A stretch of DNA of 64,000 nucleotides. It comes from Vicugna vicugna. Taxonomy: Eukaryota. The translations under genes were made by a program, and so were the position numbers. Shown piece by piece: positions 27,322 to 40,644 of this stretch. Within the stretch, counting starts at the first letter, position 1. Each line of letters starts with the position of its first letter. The notes under the pieces are model-generated. The model searched no databases. It saw nothing but the letters and a program-made list of their open reading frames with translations, and had not been told where the DNA came from. Where the stretch lies: assembly GCA_013265495.1 (NCBI GenBank), contig MU058531.1, forward strand, positions 3,472,911 to 3,536,910. The letters are read 5' to 3'.

Positions 27322-28079
27322 AGAATGAACATAAATAGCTCAGCAACATTTTAACAGGAAAGGATTTAAGTCTGAGACTGCTCTCATGCCTTGATGAAGT
27401 TTGCTGATAATGCCAGGCTTTGAGAATATGAATGTTCTCTTCATCAAGGGAAGAGCCGCAGAGTTAAGAACAGAAGATTGGAGGGAGTGAGGGGATGGCT
27501 TTTTTTTTTTTTTTGATTGGAGAATCCATTACTACAATGTATGGCAAGATGTTACAGATATTCCTTTTCACAGAAATAAATGAGTATCTTATAAAAAAAA
27601 AAAAGGAAAGAAAAAAAGCTTGATTATGGTGGGTGCCACACCAGAGGTACAAGTTGCAGGTTATAAAAACAAAGCAAAAGTTTCCATAGCCTGAAATGGT
27701 TTGATATATGACTAAGTCTCTCCATCTGGCTTCTAAGATGGAAGGCCTGAGAATTCCTTCTTCCTCTTTCAAGTGATGAATTAGTGATGATAAAATGGAT
27801 AACTACTGAGAGCTGAGTATGTACTAAACATTTTACATGCATTTTCTCATATTAATTTCCCCATCATCACCATGACTTTGTTATAGAGAACTTACTTACC
27901 CAAGGTCATGCAGCAAGTCAGTGCCTGAGTTGGGCTGCAACTCCACATCTATGTGACTCCCAGGACCTCACTCATAACCACTGGATTATACACTCCATTT
28001 CCTTTTTTCTCCCTCTGGGGGAGAGTCCCCTCAAGAGTTTACAGTACTTGAGGTTCCAAGCACACCACGTAGGGGAGGC

Positions 28080-28270
28080 AGTGGAGTAGAGAGGGAATAC
28101 TCTGGACCAGACTGGGAGTTGGGGGCCTGAGTTGGGCTCCAACTTTGCCAAACATCAGCTCCATGACCTTAGGCAAGACGCTTGACCTCTCAGAGGTGTG
28201 GTTTCCTCATTTGTAAAGTGGAGAAAATTCACCCCAACTATCCCCATCTGTAGTCCTTCCAGCTCGAACA
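28080..28270 (+). mobile_element. MIR/MIR3 SINE
   Basis: ggcagtggagtagagaggg...catgaccttaggcaagacgcttgacctctcag...gtttcctcatttgtaaagtgg. Confidence 0.7.
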
Positions 28271-30671
28271 TTCAAGTCTGAGTCCTGCCTCATTTACCTA
28301 CTACCAAGAAAATGTCTGATTGCCAGTTGTATAGAGACGCTGTGAGGAACAAAACCTTCCAGGGGGCTGACTTGGGGAGCCTGGACCTTGGTATTAGACT
28401 GATGTGGCACTGGTTCCATCGCTCATCTTAGGGTGATGTTGAGCAAGCTCTGACACTTCTGTCCCCATCTGCTAAAATGGGTATAATAATAGCACAGAGT
28501 ACTACACCATCTGCACAAAGTGGTTGTGAGGACTGAGTAAGACCTCTTTGGGGAGCTTAGTGCAATTCTTAGCATATTGTAAGTTGTGGTTATTAATATA
28601 TTATTAACTAATATTATCATTTATTTAGTAGTAGTAGTATTGATGGTTATAATTATAAAACAGAGACACAGAATCCCTTAAGGGTAATCAGTGTACATTT
28701 AAATAGCTCAGCCAGATAGGACTCTAGATCAGCTGGCCTGCATGTGCTCTATTCTAGACCTCTCCCCATCTACTGGGTTGTCAATCAAGAATATGCTGTG
28801 GGCTAAAAGGGCGTTAGATTGTCACTAACACTCCAGAGTTTCCCTCCTGGTAACTTTGAGTCAGTGGCGCCATTTTCCTCTATACAGCACAGCATCTTAT
28901 TAAGGCTCGCCATCTGAATTTTGGCTCAATTAATTTTGTTTACCCAAGGTAATCAGAAATAAATGATCAATGAGAGATACTGATAAAACATTTAGTTAAA
29001 TGTGCTCTAAAAAGAAAAGCAATTACTACTCCCTGGAAATTTCCCTGTGTGGGTGGAGAATTTTCCTCTCTTTCAGTGTTATTAGATAACATAATAAGTA
29101 CATATAATGATTTATTTGCAATACTCTTTATCACAGTGTTATTTAGAATGGTAAAAAAAATTGTAAACATAACATTGACTACTAAAGAGCCGTTAAGATC
29201 AATTATTAGAAAACTAATTTTAGAATTGGGGAAGTGTGCAGTGTAGAGTAAGTTTGTTTTTTTTTAATTTAGGAGAAAGAATGTGTTCTGATCCTAATTT
29301 TGTAGATATTGTGTGTATTTATAGAAAAAATATGAAATGCCACAACAAAAATACTAATAGAGATTATCTCTGGGTGTAGGATTGTTGATTATTTTAATTT
29401 TCTTCTTTATACTTCTCTGAATTTTTTATACTTTCACAGTAGGCTCATATTCCTTTGGAAATCAGAGTGCAGAAGTTATTTTTTATTAATAGGAATTCTG
29501 TCAGATATTTTTCTGCTGTGAGGCTCTTCAGTCCAATAAACTGTTTTATCTGAATATGGCTTAATTCTCAATCTGGGCATATTGGGTTTTTCCTTTTTTT
29601 TAAGTACTGATTTGGAAATAATATGCTTCATTGATTTTGTGAACTCATTTTTTTCATGTAGTATTGAGGACAAACCAGACACATTTCTTGCAAGATTGAT
29701 TGTTACTCTGAAAACCAATAACAGATAATTAGAATCAGCAGTAAACTAACCTTTCTCTAAACCCATTACTTCCCTGTTGAAAAGCAATTTTCAACTCTGA
29801 CTGAGATTTAGCATCTTTAAGCCAACTCTAAAGCTTTCATAAAAAGAGATTGACATCCTTCCTCTTCTGTCTTATTTTATATAATTGGAATTACACCTCT
29901 CAAAGAGTATTAAATGTGCAGTTGATGAATCCAGTGCTTAAATTAAAAAAATAAAGGGACTGTCTACAAAATGAATGCACATCAAAGAAAAATATATAGC
30001 GTAGATAAAAGTTTTTCCTAGTTTCTTTCCTATCTTGAATTTGAAAAAACTTTCCAAAAACAATATAGCAATATTTGGAAAAAAACCTGAACAGTTGAAG
30101 TGGCAAACCAGTTTGTACCCATGAGAAGATTAGAATTTTGTTCTCTGGATGAATTTTTCAGATACTGTTTTGATTTTTATTTAATATTGTCACATGTACA
30201 TTAGAAAAAAGTTCATTGAAACAGAACTGTGCAATATATAAACACTATTATTAGTTTGGTGTATACTGGACAGATATGCAGACATACACCTATATTTGTA
30301 AAATTATTTTTCCTCCAATAAGTTCATATTGGTTTTTTTTCCCAGCTTGCTTTTTTTAAACTATATTTTCAATTTTAGTACCTGTGAATTTACCTCACTT
30401 TACCTATATTTCACAAGACTCTCTGTGGAATAAAATCCCAGAAGTGGACTTGCTATGACAGAAGGTGTACATATTTAAGGTTTTGTTTTGCCTTCCAAGA
30501 AAGCTTGTGCCTATTACACTGCCACACACACAGAATGAGAATGAAAAATAATGTTTCAGAAGCAGAGCTATGTGGCAGGTTCTCCCAAAGGTTTTACCTT
30601 CATAAATAAATGCATACGAACATACACACTAAGCTGCCATCAAAGTAATACAAGTACTATACTCTATTTTT

Positions 30672-30873
30672 TTAATATATTTTTATTGAAGTATAGACAG
30701 TTTATAATGTTGTGTCAGTTTCTGGTGTACAGCACAATGGTTCAGTCATACACAAACATAAATATATTCGTTTTCATATTGTGTTTCACCATATAAGTTA
30801 CTATAAAATATTCAATATGGTTCCCTGTGCTATAAAGTATAAACTTGTTGTTTATCTATTTTTTATATATGAG
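30672..30873 (-). mobile_element. Cetartiodactyl-type L1 3' stub with TSD
   Basis: tttttattgaagtatagacagtttataatgttgtgtcagtttctggtgtacagcac...aatatggttccctgtgctata. TSD atactctattttt (30659-30671) / attctctattttt (30874-30886). Confidence 0.85.
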
Positions 30874-31074
30874 ATTCTCTATTTTTCATTAAAGTCAGAT
30901 TCCTGTAAGTTATAATTCTGCTTAACTCTCCAGTCACCTTTATCCCTACCCAGAAAAAATTTGTGTGTGTGTGTGTTCACGCGCGCGTATGAGAGAGAGA
31001 AACAGAGAAACAGGCATAGCAGGAAATGAGAGGAATCTGTCTCCCCTGCAGAAGATCCCTCAGAATGCTGACCA

Positions 31075-31260
31075 TGATAGACGGTAGACTTTTGGAGTCA
31101 GAACTTATTTTTAGTTCCAGCACCATCTCTTAGGAGCAATGAGTCTTTAGGCAAATTGCTGAACATTTCTGACTTCTGTTTTGTTGTCTGTAACAGGGGT
31201 CACCGCACTTGCCTTATAAGGTTCTCGGTAAGAATTAAATGAGTTACTTTATGCAAAGGG
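31075..31260 (+). mobile_element. MIR SINE
   Basis: agacttttggagtcaga...ttaggcaaattgctgaacatttctg...gaattaaatgagttacttt. Confidence 0.65.
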
Positions 31261-31975
31261 CTAGTAAATGGTGAAGAGCTAGAGCTAGGTGAGGAGCTAT
31301 TGTTGAGACCCCAGAGAAGGGTTCGGGGGTCCAAGCCAAGAGCATCCTAGATGGTAAGGCTTTGAAAATTTTTGCAGAAAAACTTGAGGAAATAACTGAC
31401 ATTCTTGATAACAATAGGCTAAGTCATACCACACCTTTCCCACCCCATCCACCATCGTCCCCCGGCCCCACCCACACTGTATTGTTATATGAACAAGGAT
31501 CTTTTCTTATTCATTAAATCCCACATCAGTGTGGCCTGAAACAAAGCCCTGCATATAGTAGGCATGGAGTCATGAGTGAATGAAGGAATTTCTACTTAGC
31601 CTTTCTTAACCTCATTCATATGCATTGGCAGCTAAGAAGGCTCTCCACCCACCTTCGGGACACAGGGTAACCCAGGCTTGGCCTGCGGGAAATGCACGAT
31701 ACTGGGCCAGGAGCCAGAACCTTCCAGTTCTCTCTTTGCTTTTACCAGTTCCAGGGCTGGCCACGCACAAGCTGGATTCTTGAGCAAGTCACACAGCAAC
31801 TTAACTCAAGCTTTATGAAAAATAAGATTAGCAATACCTATCTGTCATGAATCCCTCACATTATGTAAGAGATAATTATGTGCGATTACTTGGTAAACTC
31901 AAGATTTGCGCATGAAGCACAGCAAGAAAAGCCAAATACTTTTTTTGTTTTGTTTTGTTTTTTACTATTTGGTAA

Positions 31976-32614
31976 GTTTTTTTTTAATTGAAGCATAGTT
32001 GGCTTACAATGTTGTGTTAATTTCTGGTGTACAGCGTAGTGGTTCAGTTATATATATATATTATTTCTTTTCATATTCTTTTTCATTATAGTCTATTACA
32101 GGATATTGAATATAGTTACCTCTGCTATACAGTAGGACCTTGCTGTTTGCCTATTTTTATATAGTAGTTTGTATCTGCTAATCCCAGATTCCCAATTTAT
32201 CCCTCCGACCCCTCTTTCCTGCCTGGTAACCATAGGTTTGTTTTCTATGTCCGTGAGTCTGTTTCTGTTTTGTAAATAAGTTCATTTGTGTCATTTTTTT
32301 AAATTCCACATATGAGTGATATCATATGATATTTTTCTTTCTCTTTCTGGCTTACTTCACTTAGAATGACAATCTCCAGGTCCATCCATGTTGCTGCAAA
32401 TGGCATTACTTTATTCTTTTTATGGCTGAGTAATATTCCATTGTATAATTATACTACATCTTCTTTATCCAGTCCTCTGTTGATGGACATTTAGGTTGCT
32501 TCCATATCTTGGCTATTGTAAATAGTGCTGCTGTGAGCATTGGGGTGCTTGTATCTTTTCGAATTAGAGTTTTCTTCGGATAAATGCCCAGGAGTGGGAT
32601 TGCTGGATCATATG
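31976..32614 (-). mobile_element. 5'-truncated cetartiodactyl-type L1 (ORF2 C-terminus plus 3'UTR)
   Basis: Poly-T, then ttgaagcatagttggcttacaatgttgtg; tccaggtccatccatgttgctgcaaatggcatt; ends gcccaggagtgggattgctggatcatatgg. Confidence 0.93.
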
Positions 32615-33489
32615 GATGCCTTTCATTTTGAGAGGGACTAAAAGTGGAAAGAGAAATCCGTGGGCAGGTTTAGCTGAGCTCTAGCCCAAGCCCGAGGCTC
32701 TCCCAGGGGCTTGCACCTAAAGTAATGTTTCTGAACAAGGCCTAACCCTGAAGGAGGGTTCAGAATTCTGGAGGAGGAAGTTCCCAAAGACTCTGTACTC
32801 CAGGGCGTTGGGTGAACAGTTATCACAGAAAAGTGCTCATCAAGTTTAAAGGCTTTTCTGGATATTTCTGGGCTGCACAATTTGTGGGCAGCCCCTGAGA
32901 ATGGCAGTTTATAGGCAAGATTAGGGCTTTCTGATCACCAGAAAGGAAGGAGGGAACCAAGATTAGGTGGAGGGCTCTGTGGGGATGGCAGGAGAGGGTG
33001 CCTCTGACAGCAGCTTCCCTCAAGGGGAGCCTTGGCCCAGATCCCCTCCCTCAAGGTGAGGTGATTGCCTAGATCCACCCAGAGACCCCAAAGTCTAGGA
33101 TATATATCTCTTCACGTGTAGTGTTTGAATCCTCCCACTACTCCCCTTGTTCTTTCACAGCCACACTGTTCTCTAGTGCCTTCGGGAGAATAAAGCTTCC
33201 TTCATTTTCTGCAGTGATGCTCCATCTCTCTTGATACATGCTTCAGCCACCGGGAATGACTCACAGTTTCCTCAATAAGCCACGGTCCCTCTCACCCTTA
33301 AACCTTTACATTTCCATACATTTGGCAATATGACGGACTAAGCTGCTTTGGAATCACTAATCTCACAAACAGCCGAGGCCCTATTTCCCACATTGAGCAT
33401 CACTGAGCGTGAATGACAGAAGGTTTGGGGGGACTGTCATTCCCTCATAAATGGTATAGCCAGCAAGGCTGAGAAGAGCTACTGTGTGC

Positions 33490-33665
33490 TATGGTTGTAC
33501 ATTCTCCTCATGGGAATTATTAAAGGCTCTGAGAAGTCCTGCAGTTAAAATAGAAAAAGAAAGCTTGTTTAACTTTGTTTAACCCAGTATGTCTCTAAAT
33601 TATTAACGAAGGAACCAAGTTTTGCATAAATTCAATGTAACACACTTTGGAGAATATTGGTTTAA
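33490..33665 (+). mobile_element. hAT-Charlie element fragment (MER112/MER117-like)
   Basis: aaaggctctgagaagtcctgcagt...tgtttaactttgtttaacccag...aacacactttggagaatattg; related sequence at 49410-49690. Confidence 0.5.
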
Positions 33666-35991
33666 AGCATGGGAACATTCTTATGAACGTATAAAAAGGA
33701 AAGGAGAGGGCGTTTTTAAGTTTCTATGTGGTACATTCTAATGTAGTTCTATTGTAGTGATTGACATATGGTTCCAGGCTGACCAGAGAGGGAGATTGTC
33801 CATCCTCTAGGGTCAAATCCTTACCTTTGGAGTTTAAACAATTCATTTTATCAGACTACCCCAGGTAAACAAGCGCAGAAGTTGAGTTATACTAACTAAA
33901 ATCACTTGAGATGCCCTAAAATCCAGAATACCAATGAGGGATCAAGAACACGAGCTCTGAAGTCACAACGACCCTGATTTAGATCCCAGCTTCCTGGCAT
34001 ACTATTTCCGTGACCTTATGTGAGCCTCACCTAATAATAGTATCTACCTCTTGAATTAATCCATATAAAGTAGTTAACTCGGAATGCTATTGTTTGAACA
34101 GGGCATCAGAACTTGAAGATAACTGTATCTCATGATAAATTTTTCTAGGCTGTAAGAGTGTCTAGAGATACAGCCCTCTTCTACTGTAGAGTAACTATTA
34201 ACTGCAGAACTTGGGGCTGAGTGCAAACATGGACTGTAAATGAAGTTGATAATTATATTCACCAGAAATTTTCAAAAACCTTTTCATGAGAGAAGAAATG
34301 CTGTTTCCAGTGGGATTAATGAACTTTGCTCTACAAATAATGAGGAATGACCAGGGATCACAGAGCTACTGGGTCTTTAATCCATCATAGAGTCGTCCAC
34401 GTTGTAAAGAGGAAGGTCCGATGGTAACTTAGAACTGAGAGTGCAGGCAACGTGGCACGTGAATGGGAAGGAGGAAATTATAAAGAGAGCTCAGTAAGAA
34501 TGAGAGAGTATGGGAAATATTTTTAACGGCTGCTCTAAGGGTAGAACTTGGAGAAGAGAAAACTATGCCCCAAGAAGATTTCTGGGATGTTTCTTTGTGG
34601 TGCATGATATAAAAATCCCTGAGTAATCCTGCTTTAAGGAAACCTACAGCAAAGGCCTACATTATGGCCTTTCAAGGTTTATAACATCAGATTTGTGTTT
34701 CCTTTGAGTGTGATGTCATGCTTATACTGAGACACATGGCCACTACATTTGTTTGGGTTGCACTGACCAAGCTTCTTTTTCTTTTTTTTTTTATTCATTT
34801 TTATTAAGGTCTTCTTTACTGCTATTTGCCACCATCACTAGACTCTTCTTCATTCCTTGTAACACCATGTGATTCATATCTCAAGATACATTGTGGTTTA
34901 CAATATATCATCTTACGTTATTTATGTGTTTTGTTATATTATCTCTTCTCTCACATATTAGATAAGTGACTGTTTCATAGGATTTGGAATTTACTTCTAT
35001 TTCCTTCACATGATTTCCTTTGAAATCATGTCTTAGAGTTGGTTGCTTCTGGCAAGACTTCCTATATATGGCTACTTTCACTGTACATAAATTATCAGTG
35101 TCAGGAACTGCAGTCTGCCTCTGTCATCATTCAGGCCACATTCTGACCCAATTTTGAGGAAATCCAGTCACTTTCTAAACTATTCAGAAGTTTGGAATCT
35201 GAGGACATGTAGACCTGATTTGAGCACCTGTCTTATTTTAATTTTCAAGTATGAGCTTGGAGAGAACCAGAAATACCAGAGTTTGGTATTTCCTGCTTTT
35301 TGCTGCAGTTGATTTATGGTAGTTTGGTCCAAAAGGTGGATAAAAATACTTAGACTAAATCATTGAACGTCTCACTCACCAGCTCACCTTTTAGAACCAA
35401 AGAGAAATGATCATTTGGTTACCCTGGTTTTTATGCAGAAGACAAAGTTCTGATGGGAATACATTTAAAACAAGTTCAAGGAGGCATCAGTTGAGAGCAA
35501 TGTTGCTTAAACTTTAAAGCTTTCTCTTGACAATTTTTTTTCAGACTGTCACTGAAAGCATTCCTCCAAGAAGGGAGCAGAGTAGACCATGAAGTTTTGA
35601 AACCTGGTCCCTGGGTCTCCTGTGTGTTCACACACAGTGTGCATACACACGTACATGCCTCCTCCCCACACAGCCTTCTTTCCTCTTCCGTTTCTCCATG
35701 TGTCCACACCCACTCTCACTTCTGTCCACTCTCATGGTTAGCCCTGGAGGATGAGGAAGTGAATGGTACATTTGATGTCACTTACTCTACAGAGTGTCAC
35801 AGTGAACTAGTTAGGGAATGTTGTGCTAGGTCCATTCCACTTCTGAAAATGGGAAACTAAGCCCTCCCCCAAGTCCTGGGGGTGGGGAGGGGCAGGCAAG
35901 ACAGATATCAAAGAGGTCTTCATAACAAGAGAGATAGTTTAGAACTATTCACCAAGCAGAAACTTCGGTTAAGAAGCCTATAAAATTTTGA

Positions 35992-36100
35992 TAATGAAAA
36001 AGAATATGAAAAATAATATATGCTTGTATATGTATGACTGAAACATTATACTGTATACCAGAAATTGACACACTGTAAACTGACTATACTTCAATTAAAA
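35992..36100 (+). mobile_element. L1 3' stub (older insertion) whose tail hosts the next L1
   Basis: taatgaaaaagaatatgaaaaataatatatg...tatgactgaaacattatactgtataccagaaattgacacactgtaaactgactatacttcaatt plus poly-A. Outer TSD 35971-35991 / 37751-37771. Confidence 0.85.
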
Positions 36101-36113
36101 AAAAAAGGAAGAA

Positions 36114-37718
36114 TTGGAAGAATCAATATTGTTAAAATGGTCACACTGCCCAAGGCAATATACAGATTTAATGCAATCCCTATCAAATTACCCAGGACAT
36201 ATTTCACAGAACTAGAACAAATCATAATAAAATTTATGTGGAACCACAAAAGACCTAGAATTGCCAAAGCATTACTGAAGAGAAAGAAAGAGGCTGGAGG
36301 AATAACTCTCCCAGACTTCAGACAATACTATAGAGCTACGGTAATCAAGACAGCATGGTATTGGTACAAAAACAGACATATGGACCAGTGGAACACAATA
36401 GAGAGCCCAGAAATGAACCCACAAACTTTTGGTCATAATCTTCGAGAGGCAAGAATATACAATGGAATAAAAACAGTCTCTTCAGCAAATGGTGTTGGGA
36501 AAACTGGACAGCAGCATGTAAAGCAATGAAACTAGAACACTTCCTTCCTTACACCATACACAAAAATAAACTCAAAATGGATCAAAGACTTAAATATAAG
36601 ACAAGATACAATAAACCTTTTAGAAGAAAATATAGGCAAAACATTATCTGACATTCATCTCAAAAATGTTCTCCTAGAACAGTCTACTCAAGCAATAGAA
36701 ATAAAAGCAAGAATAAACAAATGGGACCTAATGAAACTTACAAGCTTCTGCACAGCAAAGGAAACCATAAGCAAAACAAAATGACAACCTACGGAATGGG
36801 AGAAAATTTTTGCAAATGATGAAACCAACAAAGGCTTGATCTCCAGAATGTATAAGCAAATAATACGACATAATAAGTAAAAAGCAAACAACCAAATCCC
36901 AAAATGGGCAGAAGGCCTAAACAAGCAATTCTCCAAGGAAGACGTACAAATGATCAATAGACACATGAAAAAATGCTCAATATCACTAATTACCAGAAAA
37001 ATGCACACCAAAACTACAATGAGATATCACCTCACACCAGTCAGAATAGCCATAATTCAAAAGTCCACAAATGACAAACGCTGAAGAGGCTGTGGAGAAA
37101 AGGAAACCCTCCTACGCTGCTGGTGGGAATGTAGTTTAGTGCAGCCACTGTGGAAAACAGTATGGGGATTCCTCAAAAGACTAGAAATAGACTTACCATA
37201 TGGCCCAGGAATCCCGCTCCTGGGCATATATCCAGAAGGAATCCTATTTCAAAAAGACACCTGCACCCCAATGATCATAGCAGCACTATTTACAATAGCC
37301 AAGACATGGAAACAGCGTAAATGTCCATCAACAGATGACTGGATAAAGAAGATGTAGTATATTTATACAATGGAATACTACTCAGCCATAAAAAAACAAC
37401 AACATAATGCCATTTGCAGCAACATGGATGTCCCTGGAGAAAATAGAATACAAACTTGTGGTTGCCAAGGGGGAAGGGTGTGGGAAGGGACAGACTGGGA
37501 GTTCAAAATTTGTAGATACTGACAGGCATATGTATAATAAATAAACAAAATTATACTGTATAGCACAGGGAAAAATACACAAGATCTTGTGGTAGCTCAC
37601 AGCGAAAAAAAACTGTGACAATGAATATATGTATGTTCATGTATAACTGAAAAATTATGCTCTACACTGGAATTTGACACAACATTGCAAAATGACTATA
37701 ACTCAATAAAATGTTTTT
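36114..37718 (+). mobile_element. Young 5'-truncated L1 (camelid-type): ORF2 C-terminal part plus 3'UTR
   Basis: ORF track gives [26 protein letters not shown]...[28 protein letters not shown] and [20 protein letters not shown]...CPSTDDWIKKM (L1 ORF2). AATAAA at 37705-37710. Exact TSD aaaaaaggaagaa at 36101-36113 / 37719-37731. Confidence 0.95.
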
Positions 37719-37786
37719 AAAAAAGGAAGAAAATTTAAAAACAAAAGGAGAAGAATGCTGTAAGATTTTGAATGGCTCTGAAGTAA

Positions 37787-38197
<411 letters not shown>

Positions 38198-39429
38198 TGA
38201 ATCGTTAGTAAATGATTGTTAAGCATTTTTCCTTTTAGGTTTGTCTGATACTGATATCTACCTGTCTGTCTTGCCGCTTCTGTGATGGCTGTTTTCTTTC
38301 CAGGCAGAGATGGACGACACGTTGTCATCCTCCCTCTCACTTCTCCCCACCCTGTCCTCCAGCCTAGCGAGCCCGTCTCCATCCCATATCATTACCAAGT
38401 CCATAGCCTTCTCCCTTTGGACGACCAGAACCCCCTCATGCCCTTGCCAAAATATTCTCCCTGGGCCCATTGTCAAATATTCTCCCCCTTGTTCCTGCAA
38501 ATGCTTTTAAGAACAGACATCTCAGTTTTGAGTTTTGACAACATGATCCATTGACCATGGGATCCATCTAGCTCACTCCCTCTTCCATGATCAGGCCTTC
38601 TCAGCAGAAATTAAATATGATTACACCTGGGTAAGGGAGCTGGGAGGAATGTGGACTTGAGGAACAATGAATCGCCCTATTCCTGATCTCTGCATCCCAT
38701 CAAGCTCCTCAGCTCCAGGAAATCCCGCCAAGCCTCTGAGACTTTACCAGAAGCTAGTCCTAAAGAGGACAAGTGTGACCAGAGTCTGGGAACATTTAGG
38801 AGGGAGGCGCTGTAAGAGGTCTAGTGTCTCACTGGGAAGAGAAGAGCCAATGGCAGACACCCTACGGCCCTGGACCAAGGACACGGCACAGTATGGAGAC
38901 CTGCCTGTCCATACTGTGCTCCATGCAGTGCTAGGGTCAGGGGATGCTACACTCTTGGGCTTAAAGAACACTTTCTCTTCATAGCATAACCTCTCACTCA
39001 GAGCTTTCTGTGCTAGATTTTATTTCTTTTAGACTTAATTTATTTCCTTTGATTATTAAAACTCAAAATTTCAGCCTGTGTGTTTGTTGGTTGAATTCCA
39101 CAAATACAGCAGTTTCCTATTTTAGTCATTTTGTCAACTTTCTCAATGCTAAAAGGATGCTTCCATCCTAGGTCCTGTATGTCTCTGATTGACGGAGGAT
39201 CAATCAGCCTTTGTTATTTAAACACTTTCTAACTATGGCAGCTCACCTTGCAGCCTCCCTAGCCTGCTAATCATGACCCTGATGGTGGTTGAATCATGAC
39301 CAGTAGATGCAGAAAGTGTTAGAGGCTGAGCTCAAGAAGTTCTGTGTCCAGATATGCCCTGAACACCATTCCTCAAAGGGAGATCCGTTATCCATAGGAA
39401 TTACTAATATCCATCTAGCAGTGTCATGC

Positions 39430-39640
39430 TGATCATTAAACGTGTGCCACTTATTTGCTCCTCACAACAACCCTGGGAGACAGGTACTGTCATTAACTCC
39501 ATTTTCCCAGTATGGAAACTGAGGCCCGTGGAGATGAAGTCCTTTGCCCAGGGTCCCACAGGTGGTAGGTGGCAATGGTGAGATTTAAGGCCACATCATT
39601 AGGCCTCAGAGCCTGGGCTTTGAACCGTGACAATACCCTG
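39430..39640 (-). mobile_element. MIR SINE
   Basis: cctcacaacaaccctgggagacaggtactg...ccattttcccagtatggaaactgaggcc...ttgcccagggtcccacag. Confidence 0.8.
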
Positions 39641-40644
39641 CCTCCTGCCTGTATCAGGCTCGTGTTGAGTGTGACACCTGCTAAAACACAGATTCCTGGC
39701 CCACCCCAAACTAAGGCAGTCCACGTGAGTGCTTGTAAATCACATAGCTCCAAAGTTGCCTTTTAAAATAAATCTCCTGATGTTCTTGATTTTCCTTACT
39801 GATAAAAGGAGTAGAAATGAAAGTTCCAGTAAATCAAGTGATTTTATTAATGGATTTTACTGTATTTCATGAATTATTTTAAACTTTCGAATCGACTGAC
39901 TCAGACACCCTTAGGGTCCTGCCCTTGTCCTCTGTCGTTGTGGTTATTGTAGTTGTTTTAAATTCTACCTGAACTTAAAAGTGATTTGCCTGAACTTTTA
40001 AAAGCAAATTTTATATTAGTTTTGGAGGGGAAAAACTTGGATTTCTTCCTTTCAGTACCATCACCTTAGGAATCAAAGATGAATCAGTGATTTCACTCAT
40101 TCAGAGTTAGTGACGATACGAACCACAGCTGGGTTGCAGCATGCATGGGACTATCTCTGAAAAGAGTTTAGCGAAGCAACTTCAGAATGTAAATAAGATT
40201 TCTGGGAAAACACTTAAACTACTTAAGAGAATTTTCAAGTATTCGCAAGCATCTATTTTCATACAAATTATGCATATGCTGATTAAAAATCAGTCTTAAA
40301 AAAAAAGTCATATAGTCATTTCAGGCAGATTCCAAATGACCGACACTAGGCAAAACTGGGATCGCTAAATTCTAGTTGCTTTATATACTTTTGGGTAAAA
40401 AAGCTGCATTCCATTAAAAGAGAACTTGTAGGTTCAGATTTTCATCTATTTAGAATGGCCTTGCCTCTAAATTAGCATGGCTTTACTTCCTGTAAAGGAA
40501 AAAAGGGAGGAAGGAAAGGAGCTAGCATTTATTTATTAGCTGGTCTGGACTGGAAGTTGTTACTTTTTTTAATCCCGCTTAATCCTTATGACAGTTGTAT
40601 AAGGCAGTATTCATTATCTCTGACTCAGAGGAAGAAAGTGAAAT

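Noticed and set aside
36065..36529. 154-aa ORF as a novel gene
   Set aside because: It is L1 ORF2 sequence, read in from a non-ATG start in the upstream L1 stub and frameshifted near 36435.
38225..38554. Acceptor-like sites (ttttag, tttccag) and a 90-aa ORF just after the exon
   Set aside because: The peptide does not match the expected next PLCE1 exon, and such pyrimidine-AG sites are common in introns.
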